This document shows positions 35,749-49,407 of a stretch of DNA of 64,000 bases, piece by piece; the stretch's first letter is position 1, and each line of letters starts with the position of its first letter. The position numbers and the translations under genes were made by a program. The stretch is from Rozella allomycis CSF55 (Eukaryota): contig KE561158.1 in the NCBI GenBank assembly GCA_000442015.1, forward strand, positions 1-64,000, read 5' to 3'. Below the pieces are notes generated by a model that was not told the DNA's origin, did not search any database, and was given only the letters and a program-made list of their open reading frames with translations.

Positions 35749-38217
35749 ATGCAGTACTGGCTTTTTCCGATTTTTGCAATCCTGGGGATATCTCTCTATC
35801 TGTACTCTGATGGTTTCCTGCTTTCAAGAACTGTTTTAACAAACACAAATGATAAGGTCATAGAAAATCCTAAATCATTCAAAAAATTGGTATTCGTCGT
35901 TATAGATGCTTTAAGATTTGATTTTATTGACCCAGAAGCTAAACAATATCCGTTTAATGGTTTGTGGGATATAGAGGAGAATGATATTTTATTTGAAATG
36001 ATTGCAGATCCACCTACTACAACAGCACAGAGGCTGAAAGGAATGTTAACTGGTGGACTTCCCACTTTCATTGATGCATCTTCTAATTTTGAATCTTCTA
36101 TGTTAGATGAAGATAATTGGCTATATCAGTTATCATTGAAAAAGAATAGTATATACTTCTTTGGAGATGAAACGTGGGTAAAGTTGTTCCCACACATTTT
36201 AAATAATAGCTCTCGGGTGTTTCCGTTTGAATCATTCAAGCTATTTGATCTTCATACTGTTGACAATGGAATTAATAATTTGATTTTTCCTGTGCTGGAA
36301 TCCAACAACTACGATGTGATCGTTGCGCACTATCTTGGGATTGATCACTGTGGTCATAAGTATGGCCCATTGCATCCTTCAATGGTAAGCAAGATACAGG
36401 AGATGAATAATGTCATCAAGAAAATTAAAAGCTATATTGACAATGATACTCTTTTAGTTGTTGCCGGGGATCATGGAATGACGCTTAATGGAGATCATGG
36501 GGCTGATTCCCACGATGAAATATCAACCGCTGCGCTTTTTTATTCGCCTGCATTTAAAAGAAAAGTTTTAAATTACAACGATAATCGTCGTTCATTTCCC
36601 CAGGTATATTTGCCACCTACAATATCATATTTAATGAATATCCCGATCCCTTACAGTAATTTAGGAATTATAATAGATTCCTTTTTATCCTATACTTGCG
36701 ACAACGTTTCTGACTGCATTATGAACAAGTGTATTGAAAATTTGAACCAAATGAAAAATTATGTAAAACAATATCCATCAGACGAAATAAATTATTTGGC
36801 GGAATTTCCAGAGCCCAAGGATTTCAGCCAGTGTAAAGAGAGGGGTGAATTCATTTTGAAGGAAATGGGAACGGCTTTAACAACATTTGATGATATTTCC
36901 ATTGTTATGGGCATTATATTGATGATATTTTGTACTACTGTCTTGTTAATTATATATATTTTCCAATTTGAACAAAATATTTTCAAATGGACGTGGGGTT
37001 TGTCGCTTGGGGCAAGTGGAATCTTTTTTGCTTCCATTTTTAAAGATTATCAAAAAATAGTCTTGTTTTGGATTGGTATATCATTGGCCCTACTTTATTT
37101 GGCTGGTTTTAGAGGATTCAAGGTTGATGTGAAATCAGCGGATGGCGTTTTTGCTGTGGGCCTACTGCTAGTGCAATCTTTAGGATTTCTTTCTAATAGT
37201 TTCATTATATTTGAAGATAGATCTATTTTGTACTTTTTTCAGTCATCGATTGCATTTCTTTATTTCAAGTGTTGCGATAATATTAATACGATGAAGAAAT
37301 TGTTCTTTATATCGATCGTCGTTCGTTTAGCTAGCTTATTTGGTGCATGCAGAGAAGAGCAATACCCATACTGTAATTATTTAACCAATGCGAATATCTC
37401 CTCGATCTATTTACTGGCAGCATTTCTTACTTTTGCTATAAGTCAAATCTACCTTTCGAAAAATCGCACCAAGTCTCTTTTCACGGCATTTGCTGTAGGA
37501 TTACTTTGTGTGATTATGATTCAAACATCCTTACACTCAGATGTTCATTCCTTTCAAGAACAGGACAATACATTTTTTAACGGGACATTCACTGAACACA
37601 ATGTAGCATCAACTGATTCTCTTAGCAGTTATAAAATTGATGAAACTATTTGGCGTGTATGGTTACCTCGATGCTACTTACTTACATTGTCATTATATTT
37701 GGCATTTTCAAAAGATTGGACAACTTTTTGGATTTATTTACTCTCTCTGCTTCAAAGACCAGTAGGCTCAATGATGGTATTAGGTTTGTCCCACCTACTT
37801 CACACTATCTTGCCAAGAGATAGAAAATTTTCTGAAGTTCACGCGATTTTATTTTCGCATTTTGGATTTATTTTGTTTCTTTCCACAGGTCATCAAACAG
37901 TCTTGGCATCCATTCAATGGGAATCTGCTTTCATTGGAATGTCCTCATACAATTATTATCTAGCTGGTTTGATGGTATTATTAAACACATACGCAGGTCA
38001 CATTATATCTTTAATTCTGTTTATATCGAGAAGACCTGACAAGAAATTGCTTTCATTTTATTGCTTCGCGCAATTGTTACCCTTTCTTTTCATGTCATTG
38101 ACGAATTATTTTTTAAAAAGACATTTGATGATATGGAAGATATTCGTGCCCAGGTGGATGTTTCAATTCTGCCTTTTGTCACTAACATTTCTAATGACGG
38201 CCATAAACCGCAAATAA
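35749..38217 (+). CDS. GPI13: GPI ethanolamine phosphate transferase 3 (intronless)
   Basis: VIDALRFDF, ADPPTTTAQRLKG, GGLPTFID, HYLGIDHCGH, TGHQ, RHLMIWKIFVPR. Confidence 0.93.
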   Translation: MQYWLFPIFAILGISLYLYSDGFLLSRTVLTNTNDKVIENPKSFKKLVFVVIDALRFDFIDPEAKQYPFNGLWDIEENDILFEMIADPPTTTAQRLKGMLTGGLPTFIDASSNFESSMLDEDNWLYQLSLKKNSIYFFGDETWVKLFPHILNNSSRVFPFESFKLFDLHTVDNGINNLIFPVLESNNYDVIVAHYLGIDHCGHKYGPLHPSMVSKIQEMNNVIKKIKSYIDNDTLLVVAGDHGMTLNGDHGADSHDEISTAALFYSPAFKRKVLNYNDNRRSFPQVYLPPTISYLMNIPIPYSNLGIIIDSFLSYTCDNVSDCIMNKCIENLNQMKNYVKQYPSDEINYLAEFPEPKDFSQCKERGEFILKEMGTALTTFDDISIVMGIILMIFCTTVLLIIYIFQFEQNIFKWTWGLSLGASGIFFASIFKDYQKIVLFWIGISLALLYLAGFRGFKVDVKSADGVFAVGLLLVQSLGFLSNSFIIFEDRSILYFFQSSIAFLYFKCCDNINTMKKLFFISIVVRLASLFGACREEQYPYCNYLTNANISSIYLLAAFLTFAISQIYLSKNRTKSLFTAFAVGLLCVIMIQTSLHSDVHSFQEQDNTFFNGTFTEHNVASTDSLSSYKIDETIWRVWLPRCYLLTLSLYLAFSKDWTTFWIYLLSLLQRPVGSMMVLGLSHLLHTILPRDRKFSEVHAILFSHFGFILFLSTGHQTVLASIQWESAFIGMSSYNYYLAGLMVLLNTYAGHIISLILFISRRPDKKLLSFYCFAQLLPFLFMSLTNYFLKRHLMIWKIFVPRWMFQFCLLSLTFLMTAINRK

Positions 38218-38248
38218 ATTTGTTTTTATTTTACTTCGCTGGAAGCCA

Positions 38249-38320
38249 GCCTTCATAGCTCAGTGGTAGAGCGCATGTCTTGTAAACATGAGGTCGGGTG
38301 TTCAATCCTCCCTGAAGGCA
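38249..38320 (+). tRNA. tRNA-Thr(TGT)
   Basis: GCCTTCA/TGAAGGC acceptor, CATGT-CT-TGT-AA-ACATG anticodon arm, GTTCAATC, downstream T-run. Confidence 0.93.
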
Positions 38321-38500
38321 TTTTTTGCTTAATTTAATGTATTAAAAATCAATTTTATTGATACAGTAAATCGTAATGACCAGGACGATAGAGAAGCGTT
38401 ATTTCGCACAAACTGTTAGAGTTTTCCGGGCCAAATTCATGGAAGGATATTTTGGAGTCTGATGCATCCAAATANCAATTCAATTTAATAAAAACCAATT

Positions 38501-39292
38501 TTATTGATACAGTAAATCGTAATGGCCAGGACGATAGAGAAGCGTTATTTCGCACAAACTTTTAGAGTTCTCCGGGCCAAATTCATGGAAGGATATTTTG
38601 GAGTCTGATGCATCCAAATACGCAACTTTCACTTTTACATCTAAAGCATTAGATAACGCTATAATATGAATTTGGTCAGCATCTCGACCAAAGGCTTCCA
38701 CCTGTGCTTGGCAAAATACATCCATGGTCTCGTATCCATCGACAAATGGTAGGTAATCATCAGCATGAGTTTGCAAAAAGCTTGAAACAACTAATCTAAA
38801 AAATACTACAATTGCATTAGATGTCCCGTCTTCTTGAAATATCCTTACCAGTTCAGATTCAACTATCCCTCGACAATTTTGGAAATACTCCATTGTCATG
38901 TCATAAAAATCTTCAAAGGCGAATTCCTGATACCCAATTTTCTTCAACCAAGCTTTTACATTTTCCAACAACTTTATAGCATCTTGATGCTCCTGCTCAG
39001 TTGCATTTGTTAGGAAATACTCAAAGAAGCGATATGAAAATGCTCTATAAAAACAGTTTCCATCTCCTCTACATCTTCGAAAGTTTGCGATATTTTTCTC
39101 CTCTAATTGCTAGTATGATATGCAGTTTCTTTGTACCTTTAATTTGTCAAGAAACACATTGTTTTCTCGGTATTCATCGTACAATTCAGAAACATGGTTT
39201 TTAAATCCTACTAAAGGATGAATTTTTGCTTCGGCATCCTTAATTTCTTGCTCATACACAAGTATTTGCTGATCACTAGGAATTTCACTCAT
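38501..39292 (-). CDS. OTUB1: Otubain deubiquitinase (1 intron)
   Basis: RGDGNCFYRAF, LLYRPGHYDLLY. Confidence 0.93.
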
Positions 39293-39567
39293 TTAGAAAA
39301 TTTGGTCGTTGCAAAATTGCAAATTCATTTTTGTTAGAAATCGACAACTTGTTCATACGAATCATAATAAATCAGTCAATCATGAATCATCAATCAATAT
39401 GACTATAAACTTGATACATACAATTCCATGTCTTTTAGTCGCCTGTGATATATTATAATGCACCTGACAAATCTTATGCAAGCATATTTCCAAATTCAAT
39501 ATTTTTATTTTCTATTTTACGCTATAAAGTGTAAGGGTTTATTGTTTGTTTACATTCGCTTAACGAC

Positions 39568-42500
39568 ATGGACGACTCTCCAACCTCTTCCGCTGTGCAG
39601 CGAAAAAAGTCTCTTTTCCTTGAAAAAGTTGAACAATCCTACTTTGGTATCCTGTATACAATGGAGACGGTGGGCTCTGAACGACGCCGTGTACCCAATA
39701 CAATTGAGGCATTGGGCTTCCTTGTTCTTGATTTTCTCCAGTATATAGCCTTCTCTATTGTTCCTACTGCTTCTTGGGGATCCGTTTTAACTACCGTCAT
39801 TCCATATGTCCGGTTTTTCCACTTTCGCTTAAGCGACTATGTTGTCATATTCCCTGTCTTTCAAGTGTTTTTCTGGTTGTTGGTGTTCGCTACGGCCATT
39901 ACTGTAGGAACTTCAGTTTATACTGGGTAAATAGCCTTTTCAGTTAATATAGTTACTGCTTTTGGCGTAAGGAATACAAATTCATTTGGCCAATACGTGG
40001 GCTCCAGTTTACTGTATCCATCTTTTTCCGTCTGATCTTCATTGCAAGTTTGTCCTTAATAATTGACGGAACATTGTGCTATCAAGGTTCTCTAGTTCGT
40101 TTCTCCAACGTCCCGTGTGGTTCAGTCAATCACTATCTTCAAGCTACCTTTGGGATTATTGTGTTGTTATTTCTCATTATTTTTGCTGTGAGCAATCTCT
40201 TGATGGATATATCTTTTCGAAAAAGGCCTGTTGACTTGACCGTTACATCAAACCCGTTTTTCGGAACTGCAAATCTACTTGGGATAATATTCTTTTGTAT
40301 AAACTACAGTTTCCTTTCAAAAGCTGTTTACTCAGCTTTTTGGACGCACTTGCTTAACCTTATAGTCTCCACAGTCATGTTCGCTACACTCATATATTTT
40401 GTATCTTATCAGGTAAATAAGTACGTTAAAAGTTAACTTTAGCACCACTCAATTGGAAAAATAAGGTCGGGAATTCTTTTTGTGTTCGTGTTCACGAATT
40501 TTATGGCATTGGTGTCTGTCTTATGTGGAACGAATCCAAACTTTGATAATAGATTAGTCGATATTCTTCTATTTTTGGGACTTTTCCCTTGCTATCTCAT
40601 CGGATCCTCGATTTATAACATGAGACTTCAATATTTTAAGGTTCTTTCCAATGCAGTTCAAGATGAAATCAAGTCTACAACAGCCAGTGTGTTGAAAAGA
40701 CCGTCAGTAGACTCCCCTGATGGTTATGATGAAATGATTAAAGATGAATCGAGAGATGAGAATGTAGCAATTGACAATGCCAGCTTGTTGCCTAAAGCGT
40801 TAATGATGGCTAATATTAATGAATACACGTTAGAAATTGTTGCAAGATTATTGTGGATGACAGAAGGTCCAAATTACAATCCCACTGCTGCTAATACCAT
40901 TTATAAGAAAGGGAATGCAGCGTTTCCAGCAAGCTTTTATGTAGCGGTTGCTTATGTTTTCTTTTCGGAGCAAGTTTTTCCGTCCGAAAGACTTTCATTG
41001 TCGCTTCTTGAAGAATCCAATACCAGCTTGAAACCACGCTTTGATTTGCGCTTTTTATTGTTTAAACGCCAGATGGAAGAAATTCAAAAGAAAACTACTC
41101 AGGGCTATGGAACTGAAAGAATGGACTTGGTGGCATATGTTGAATACCAGAAATACTACAGGTAATATGATTTATTGTTATAACATTAAATAGTGAAGCA
41201 AAGAAATATCATGGAAAAGTATTGGCTTCAATCAGAAACTTTTGGTCTCTCTTCCTTAAAAATAATGTCCAATTTCAAGAATTTTCCGTTGCTACCAGAC
41301 TTATTGATACTCAAACGGCAATGGCTGACAGATTTTACAATGTTCTTCTTGACAAATACCCTAAAGCATTTCATTTACATGAAGCGTATGCCTTTTTTCT
41401 CGAAACAGTTATACTTGACTATGATAAGGCAGATAGACACAAAGAAGCTGCACGTGAGTTACAGTCGGCATCAAAGCAGCAAAAGAATGCTAGTGATATG
41501 CTATCTCAATCAAGCGGCGAAAGTGGCCAAGATGAAGATTCTTTTGATTCCAATTCTGTAATTACAATAAATGAATCTGGCCGTATTTTACAAGTCAATA
41601 ATGCTGTCCTCAACATGTTCGGTTACTCAAAGAAGGAAGTGCTCGGGGAAAATGTCAGCATGTTAGTTCCATCCCCTTATAAAGAAAACCACAATAAATA
41701 TTTGGACAGGTACAGAAAAACAAGGGAAGCAAAAGTTATTGGAAAAAAGAGAGTTCTCTATGGGCTTCATAAAAACGGATATATCTTTCCAATTAAACTA
41801 TCAGTAACTGAATCAAAAGGGCCTGATGGGAAAGTAGTATACATAGGAATGTTAATGAAATGCAGAAAATCTGAAGACGCTAGAGTTGGAACCATTGTTA
41901 TTAGAAAAGATGGAGCAATAATGATGGTAAATAAAAGAGCAATAGAGCTTTTCGGTTATAAACCAGAAGAAATGTATAAGAAGAATGTGAAGCTTTTGAT
42001 GCCTGAGGAGCATGCTGTCAGACATGATGGCTATCTCAATCGTTACTTGACAACAGGGGAGGCCAAGGTTATTGGAACTAAAGGAAGAAATGTAATGGGT
42101 AAGACCAAAACTGGAAAAATGATACCAATTTCCCTCGAAGTAAATGAAGAAATAATAGACGATGTTCAAATCTTTATCGGCTCCATTTCAGATGCATCTT
42201 TAATTGCCGCAACAGTTATCATAAATGTTAAAGGATCGATTCAAAGCTGTGACGAGAATTTTGTTAAATTGACAGGGTATGACAAAGACAAATTGATCAA
42301 TCAAAATATAAAAATGATAATGCCATATCCATACAGTGCATATCATGATTCATATCTTGAAAGGTACGCAGAGACAAGACAAGGTGTTATTGTTAATGAT
42401 GTCAATGGTCGTATTTTACAACTTCAACAAGCTGATGGTTCTTTGTTAACTGTACAACTGACTGTGACTAGTATTGAAAACGATAATGACATTTTGTTTA

Positions 42501-45500
42501 AAGGGGTCCTTGTTAGAACAAACGCCAATCCTGTAACTGACACGCAGAATGAAGACGCTGTCATCAGCTTCAACGAAAAATCATTTGAAATTTTACAAGT
42601 CGGCGAAAAGATTGTATATCTAACTGGTCATAGAAGCGACAACCTTGTAGGTAAACCATTGAAATTTTTGTTTCCTCCACTAATTGATCATGAAGAGCAT
42701 ACTGTGGAAAAATTGCTAAATAAGACAAGATCTCGTGGAAAAACGTGCTATGGTTACTTGGTATCGTCTACACTTGAAGTTATACCTGTTGGAATCTTAT
42801 CATTGGCTAAGAATGTGGTATCCAGTGAAAGGCAGTCATGGAGAATTTTTGATTTGCGCCAAAGCGAGGGTGTAATTAGGATCAATAAAATCGGTACACT
42901 AATTGATTCACATTGAAAAGGTATTGTCAAAGAATTCGGTCAAGGCTGTACAGACCTATTTGGGGTCTCAAAAAGTGATATCTTGGGGAGAAATATTACT
43001 GCGTTGATGCCTGAATCAGTTGCTGTGCATCATCTGAGTTTTCTTGAAAGGTAATGAAGTGTAAAAGAAAATTATAGGTATCAAACAACGCGCGAAGCTA
43101 GAGTTGTTGGTAAGAGAAGAGATGTTACCGCCTGCCATGGTGATGGATCTCTTTTCCCAATTGCATTAGAAGTTATAGAGCAAACAGTGGCAGAAACATC
43201 TGAACCGGAATATATTGGAAGAGTGCGACATGGAATTTTGGACATACACGTTGATAGCGACTGGCTACAGCAATTCAACGTTACCATACAACTAAATACT
43301 TTAAAGCCAGATATGTCACCCTCATATTCTTTCAATTCTTCAGTTAAAATGGATGAAAAACGAGTTTCAATAAAAGAAACTAGTGACAGAGGTGAAGATG
43401 AGGAAGGTGTTAGATTGGGCGCTTCGATAGATGATTTTGAACGACATTCTCAGGAACCGGCTGAAAGCGTTGAGCCCGAGGGAGAAAATGATAAGTTGAG
43501 CAGTAACGGTGGAGTTGCAAGTGACGATGGTAAGAAAGCAGGCGGGAGCGATGGTGGTGATTCATCCCATTCGTCAAGGGCATCTACTGTTTATCAAGCA
43601 AAGAAGATTTTGGCGATCAGAAATGGAACAGTGGCTATACCCTCAATAGATATTATGAATAGGTCTTTAAGTATTGTTTTTCTCATAATGTCCACTATAA
43701 TTGTAACCTGCATAATTTTAGTTTCATTCTTCCCTCAAGCAACCAGATATATTGAAATTAAGGATCATGCCGAACATGCTACAAAGTCTATTAATGACAT
43801 TATATCGTATGCTAGAATGAGAAGATTCTATGAGAATAGCTCTACTAATCGAGGAAGCTGTATTTGGACCACTACTGGTACTTTCAATTCAAGTCATTGT
43901 CCTTGGGCTAAAAGTCCGAGCATTCAAAATAGCGGCTCTAAAATGTCAGATGCCCTTGAGACATTGAATTCCGAATTCGCTAAGGTTTATAGCTATTACA
44001 CTACAGCCTCTAGTACAAATCTCAATGCTTTTCTACTTCAAAATTTTGTGGTTCACTCTTACCACTATGAAAATCAAACACAATATTCTGATATTTTACT
44101 TCCGGATTTTTGGTCTGTTATACAAAGTTATGCGACAGTAAACTTGATCATATGGTTATAATTAAGAAAGCCAAGCTAGTAGTTGACGCAACATCTATCA
44201 ATAATGTTTTGAGAGAATGGAATTATATTATTGCAAACCAAGATAAAGTTTTAAGCTATTGCATTGAATTTTTAGACGAACTGGATTCAGCTGCCTTCAA
44301 TTCATGGGAAATGATATTTGTATATGGAGAATACATATCACTCGCCGTCTTTGGATGTTCATTGGTATCAATCATTGATTTATTTACATAGATTCTGTTT
44401 GGTATTTTGATTGTCCCTCGACTTAAATTTCTGGATGAAGAACGCCGAGCAATATTTTTGATTTTGAAACAAATTCCAAAACCACTCGTCAATCAATTAG
44501 TTACAGAAAAGAATGGATTTGACTCTGATGAAGGTAGCGGTGATGACTTGGATGATGATCCACCTGTGAAGGGCACTGAACAAGATGATGATGAAGACGA
44601 TCTGAAGAAGAAAGGAAAAGGAAAATCTAAAGATGTGAAAGACGAAATTCTTCAATCAAGACGTGCCAGTTACTCTAAGGAAACATTTAATATCAAAAAG
44701 AGGGAAGTCGAGAAAGGAGCCCGTTTTGCTTACCTCAAGTCTAGAATAACCATAATGATATTTCTAGCGATGACTTTAATTTCAATTCCTTCAGTCATTT
44801 GGATTGCATATAATGGAAGTGTTGCAGTTACCGTGAAAAGTATGAGACAGATCTCAAACGATTTCACAAACTTTGAACTTAAGACATACGATATAAGACG
44901 ACTTTCTTTGCGACTTTGGGTTTCAGATCCAACTGATTTTGATTATGTTCCAATAGCAACAACTCAAAGCAACTTGAATACCGTTTACAGTGATGTAAGT
45001 CATTAATGAACCATCTATTAGATATATACCCTATTTACCTCCTTGAAAAGCCAATTTTTATTCAAAAATGCTATTATTCAAAATATATGGGACACCAAAG
45101 TATGTTTGGCAGCTGATGACCCTACTCGTTGTGAAGCAAAATCAACGTCTGATATTACCCTCCCTCCATCATACAACACTCATATTTCTCAAGGATTCCG
45201 TGATCTATTTACATTCTTGATGAACAATGTACAAACTCTTGCCACCTCAACTGGCTCTGTCACTACATCGTCTGTTGTACAACAATCATTCTGGTACATC
45301 TGGGAAATGACTTCTGCTGAATTGTACTACGGACTTGATTTGACACAAAATGTTAACCTAGAAAATCTCAAGTACAGCTACACTCTAGTGCTTCAAATGC
45401 TTTTTGGATGCATTGTCGCCTCCTTTGGCTTGTTGGTGGTCATTTTTGTTGGCTTTGTAAGACACATAATGAGTAGCCTTCGCAGTGAAATAAACTACAG

Positions 45501-45625
45501 TCGCAAAAGTAAAAATATAATTATTAATGAACTCAGTTTTATTGACTATTCCACGTGGGATCGTAAACTCGATTCCTGCCATCAAGGAATTTATGAAGGA
45601 GCTTGCGAAACAAATCAAAACTTGA
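39568..45625 (+). CDS. TmcB/TmcC-like multi-TM protein with five PAS domains (9 introns)
   Basis: N-terminal TM block, DLVAYVEYQK, FixL-like PAS repeats, C-terminal TM-flanked loops ending IP motifs. Confidence 0.85.
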
Positions 45626-45837
45626 ATAAATCAAATATTACAACTTTGATCTTATTTTTCCTTTTAAAATTACACTCTAGATTGATATTAAATGGATGTC
45701 TTTTATATTATGCTAACAAATTGAAACTTTTCTGCCTAACTTTAATTATAATACTTGGTGCGAACAAATGAACAAGAGCATACATAGAACTAGAACTAAA
45801 AATAAACCAAAAACCTGAGATATTTTCTCAATTTGTT

Positions 45838-47021
45838 TTATTTGACCAAATCATGTTTCTTCATTTCTTCCAACATCAAAGTCCCCATTCTAGCCGGCGA
45901 CTGTGTAATTCTAACACCCGCGTCTTCCAACGCAGCAATCTTGGATTCAGCCCCACCCTTGCCGCCAGATATAATCGCTCCCGCGTGTCCTAAACTACTA
46001 AAAACTAACTATCCATACCCATTCTTCTACCAGGTGGAGCAGTCCTTCCGGCAATGAAAGAAACAACTGGTTTATTCAAAGTATTATGTTTCTTCAAATA
46101 TTCAGCGGCTTCTTCCTCTGCTGACCCACCAATCTCGCCGATGAGTATAATTCCTAGTAACGAGTTACTAATGACGTACCTTTGGTTTCCGGATCTTCCA
46201 GAAACAGTTTCACGCAATCAACAAAGTTTGTGCCATTGAATGGATCACCGCCAATACCAACACAAAGCGTCTGACCCAATCCAACGGCTGTAGTCTGTGC
46301 AACAGCCTCATAGGTAAGCGTTCCAGATCTCGAAACAATACCTATCACACAACAAAAAATCAAGTGTTACCTATACATCCAGGCTTATGAATATGCCCAG
46401 GCATAATTCCTACTCCAAAATATTAAAACATTCATACCAATCTTACATTCACCCGGCTTGATGATACCTAAAACAAGCAACTCGATAAATTACCAGGACA
46501 GTTAGGTCCAACAAGCCTGCTCTTATTCTGGCTGCGAAGTACAGACGAAACTTTAACCATATCGAGTTGGGGAATTCCTTCAGTGATGCACACGATTAAT
46601 GGAATTTCACTTTCAACCGCTTCTATGATAGCCTTGGCAGCGCCGGCAGGAGGTACGTAAATGACTGTTGCGTCCGGATTCACTTGAGCTTTGGCCTTTA
46701 AAGGTGAATTAATTGAAATACTTGGGCAACTGAATCGAACACTGGTAGGTTGAGATGTGTTTGGCCTCCTTTCCCTGGGGAGACACCGCCTACCATTTTC
46801 GTCCCATATTCAATTGCTTGTGTGGAGTGGAATGTACCCTAATTGATGTTTATAAATGCATTGTTTACTTGCTTCCCAGTAAAACCTTGACAAATAACTT
46901 TGGTTGCTTTGTTTATAGCAAGGTTTTTGATAGTTTGATCATAAATTGAGGATGAATTAAATCTTCTGAATATTTTTAATGATTGTTGAGGATTGGCGAG
47001 ATATCTAGGGGCGTGAATCAT
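45838..47021 (-). CDS. SUCLG1: Succinyl-CoA ligase alpha subunit (7 introns)
   Basis: [37 protein letters not shown]. Confidence 0.97.
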
Positions 47022-47167
47022 TTACGAAATATCAAAAGTGGAAGAGTAGAAAGTGAGACAAACAAAAATTAAATTCTTGAAAAAGGAGTTACTCATTGAT
47101 TTAATAATATTTTTAAATATATTAAAGACCGTTTAGTTAAAAGAATGAAATAAATTTATTAAAGTAT

Positions 47168-49117
47168 TTAATCAACTTCTTCAATGGTTGGACCAGCATT
47201 GTCACCTGATGGGGCAGCACCGCCTGGAGCAGCACCTGGGAAGCCACCTGGAAATCCACCTGGAGCAGCACCAGCTTGTTGGTAGAGTTTAGACATGATT
47301 GGATTGGCAACAGATTCAAGTTCCTTGTGCTTAGCATCGAATTCTTCCTTCTTTGCGTCTAAATGTTCATCTAACCATTTGAGAGTTTCATCAATCTTGC
47401 TTTCAAGGGTTGACTTGTCATCAGCAGAGAACTTGTCTTTAAGGTTGTCTTCATTCATAGAGTTGCGGAGAGAGTAAGCATAACCTTCCAATTGATTCTT
47501 TGATTGAATACGAGCAGCAGCTTGTTCATCTTCATTCTTGAATTTCTCAGCATCAGAAACCATTCTTTCAATATCTTCCTTTGAGAGACGACCTTTATCG
47601 TTGGTGATGGTGATCTTGTTTGACTTTCCAGTGCTCTTGTCAACAGCGGAAACGTTGAGAATACCGTTAGCATCAACATCAAAAGAAACTTCAATTTGAG
47701 GAACACCACGTGGAGCAGGTGGGATACCAGAAAGTTCAAACTTGCCAAGGAGATTGTTATCTTTGGTTTGAGCTCTTTCACCTTCAAAGACTTGGATCAA
47801 GACACCTGGTTGGTTGTCAGCATAAGTGGAGAAGGTTTCACTCTTCTTGCATGGAACAGTGGTGTTTCTCTTGATCAAAGGAGTCATAATACCTCCAGCA
47901 GTTTCAATACCTAAAGAAAGTGGGGCAACATCCAACAACAACAAATCTTGAGTCTTCTCTGAAGTGACACCAGAAAGGATAGCAGCTTGGACAGCAGCAC
48001 CATAAGCAACAGCTTCATCAGGATTGATAGACTTGCATGGTTCTTTTCCATTAAAGTAATCAGAAACTAATTTTTGAACCTTTGGAATTCTTGTAGATCC
48101 TCCAACCAAAACAATTTCATCAACTTGGCTCTTGTCCATCTTGGCATCTCTCAAAACCTTTTCAACTGGATCGATAGTGTTTCTAAACAAATCTCCACAC
48201 AATTCTTCAAACTTGGCTCTTGTAATAGAAGTATAGAAATCAACTCCCTCAAACAATGAATCAATTTCAATAGTAGTTTGAGTTGCTGATGACAAAGTTC
48301 TCTTTGCTCTTTCACAAGCAGTTCTCAATCTTCTCAATGAACGTGGGTTTCCAGACAAATCCTTCTTGTGCTTTCTCTTAAACTCTTGGCAAAAGTGGTT
48401 AACAAGACGGTTGTCAAAATCTTCTCCTCCCAAGTGAGTATCTCCAGCAGTAGCCTTAACCTCAAAGATTCCTTCTTCAATCAACAACAATGAAACATCA
48501 AAAGTACCACCACCCAAATCAAAGATAAGAATGTGCTTCTCTCCAGTTGTCTTCTTGTCCAATCCATAAGCGATAGCAGCAGCTGTTGGTTCGTTGATAA
48601 TACGCAAAACGTTCAATCCAGCAATAACTCCAGCATCCTTGGTAGCTTGACGTTGAGAATCATTGAAATAAGCTGGAACAGTAACAACAGCATCCTTCAC
48701 AGTGGTTCCCAAATAAGCTTCAGCAGTTTCCTTCATCTTCAACAAAACCATAGATGAGATTTCTTCAGGGGTAAATTGCTTAGCTTCTCCCTTGTATTGA
48801 ACTTCAATGATTGGCTTTCCGGCCTTGTCAACAATCTTGAATGGCCAGTGCTTCATATCGGATTGAACTTCAGCATCATTGAAACGACGTCCGATAAGTC
48901 TCTTGGCATCGAAAACAGTGTTCAAAGGGTTCATAGCGACTTGGTTCTTGGCTGCATCTCCAATAAGACGTTCACTGTCGTTGAAACCAACATAGGATGG
49001 AGTAGTACGGTTTCCTTGGTCGTTGGCGATAATTTCAACACGGTCATTTTGCCACACTCCAACACAAGAGTATGTAGTTCCTAAATCAATTCCGACTGCG
49101 TTAGTTGATGAAGTCAT
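47168..49117 (-). CDS. SSA1: Cytosolic Hsp70 (intronless)
   Basis: [21 protein letters not shown]-terminal GPTIEEVD; strong codon bias. Confidence 0.98.
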   Translation of the reverse strand: MTSSTNAVGIDLGTTYSCVGVWQNDRVEIIANDQGNRTTPSYVGFNDSERLIGDAAKNQVAMNPLNTVFDAKRLIGRRFNDAEVQSDMKHWPFKIVDKAGKPIIEVQYKGEAKQFTPEEISSMVLLKMKETAEAYLGTTVKDAVVTVPAYFNDSQRQATKDAGVIAGLNVLRIINEPTAAAIAYGLDKKTTGEKHILIFDLGGGTFDVSLLLIEEGIFEVKATAGDTHLGGEDFDNRLVNHFCQEFKRKHKKDLSGNPRSLRRLRTACERAKRTLSSATQTTIEIDSLFEGVDFYTSITRAKFEELCGDLFRNTIDPVEKVLRDAKMDKSQVDEIVLVGGSTRIPKVQKLVSDYFNGKEPCKSINPDEAVAYGAAVQAAILSGVTSEKTQDLLLLDVAPLSLGIETAGGIMTPLIKRNTTVPCKKSETFSTYADNQPGVLIQVFEGERAQTKDNNLLGKFELSGIPPAPRGVPQIEVSFDVDANGILNVSAVDKSTGKSNKITITNDKGRLSKEDIERMVSDAEKFKNEDEQAAARIQSKNQLEGYAYSLRNSMNEDNLKDKFSADDKSTLESKIDETLKWLDEHLDAKKEEFDAKHKELESVANPIMSKLYQQAGAAPGGFPGGFPGAAPGGAAPSGDNAGPTIEEVD

Positions 49118-49169
49118 GAAAAATTTTCAAACAAGCCACGGTACTCTTTCCTATTTATCTCTTTCGGCT

Positions 49170-49235
49170 GGCCAATCAGAATCGTCCAAGAATTTCCATT
49201 TCCTTCTTTCACTTTCCATAGAATTTTCCAGACTT
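49170..49235. promoter_or_regulatory. Hsp70 promoter: CCAAT box and HSE-like array
   Basis: GGCCAATCAG at ~49170; GAAttTTCcaGAC at 49221-49233. Confidence 0.55.
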
Positions 49236-49407
49236 CTACAACCTTCTTTATCAAAATTTATCAAAATAAATAAATGAAACACGTCTTCTATTAATAGTAC
49301 AAAGTTTCAAATAGAAACAATTGAATGAACGCCATTTTCATCCAAAGCTCAAATTACTAGGAAATGCTTAATAAAATATTTTATTTAATTTAAAATAGTT
49401 TAAACAT

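Noticed and set aside
38343-38475. Apparent tandem second OTUB1 3' end (likewise at 2790, 49864, 52246, 62204, 63905)
   Set aside because: Short overlaps flanking a single n; best explained as an allelic assembly artefact
47295-49277. Many antisense or alternate-frame ORFs over Hsp70 and other genes
   Set aside because: Shadow ORFs produced by codon bias; no motifs
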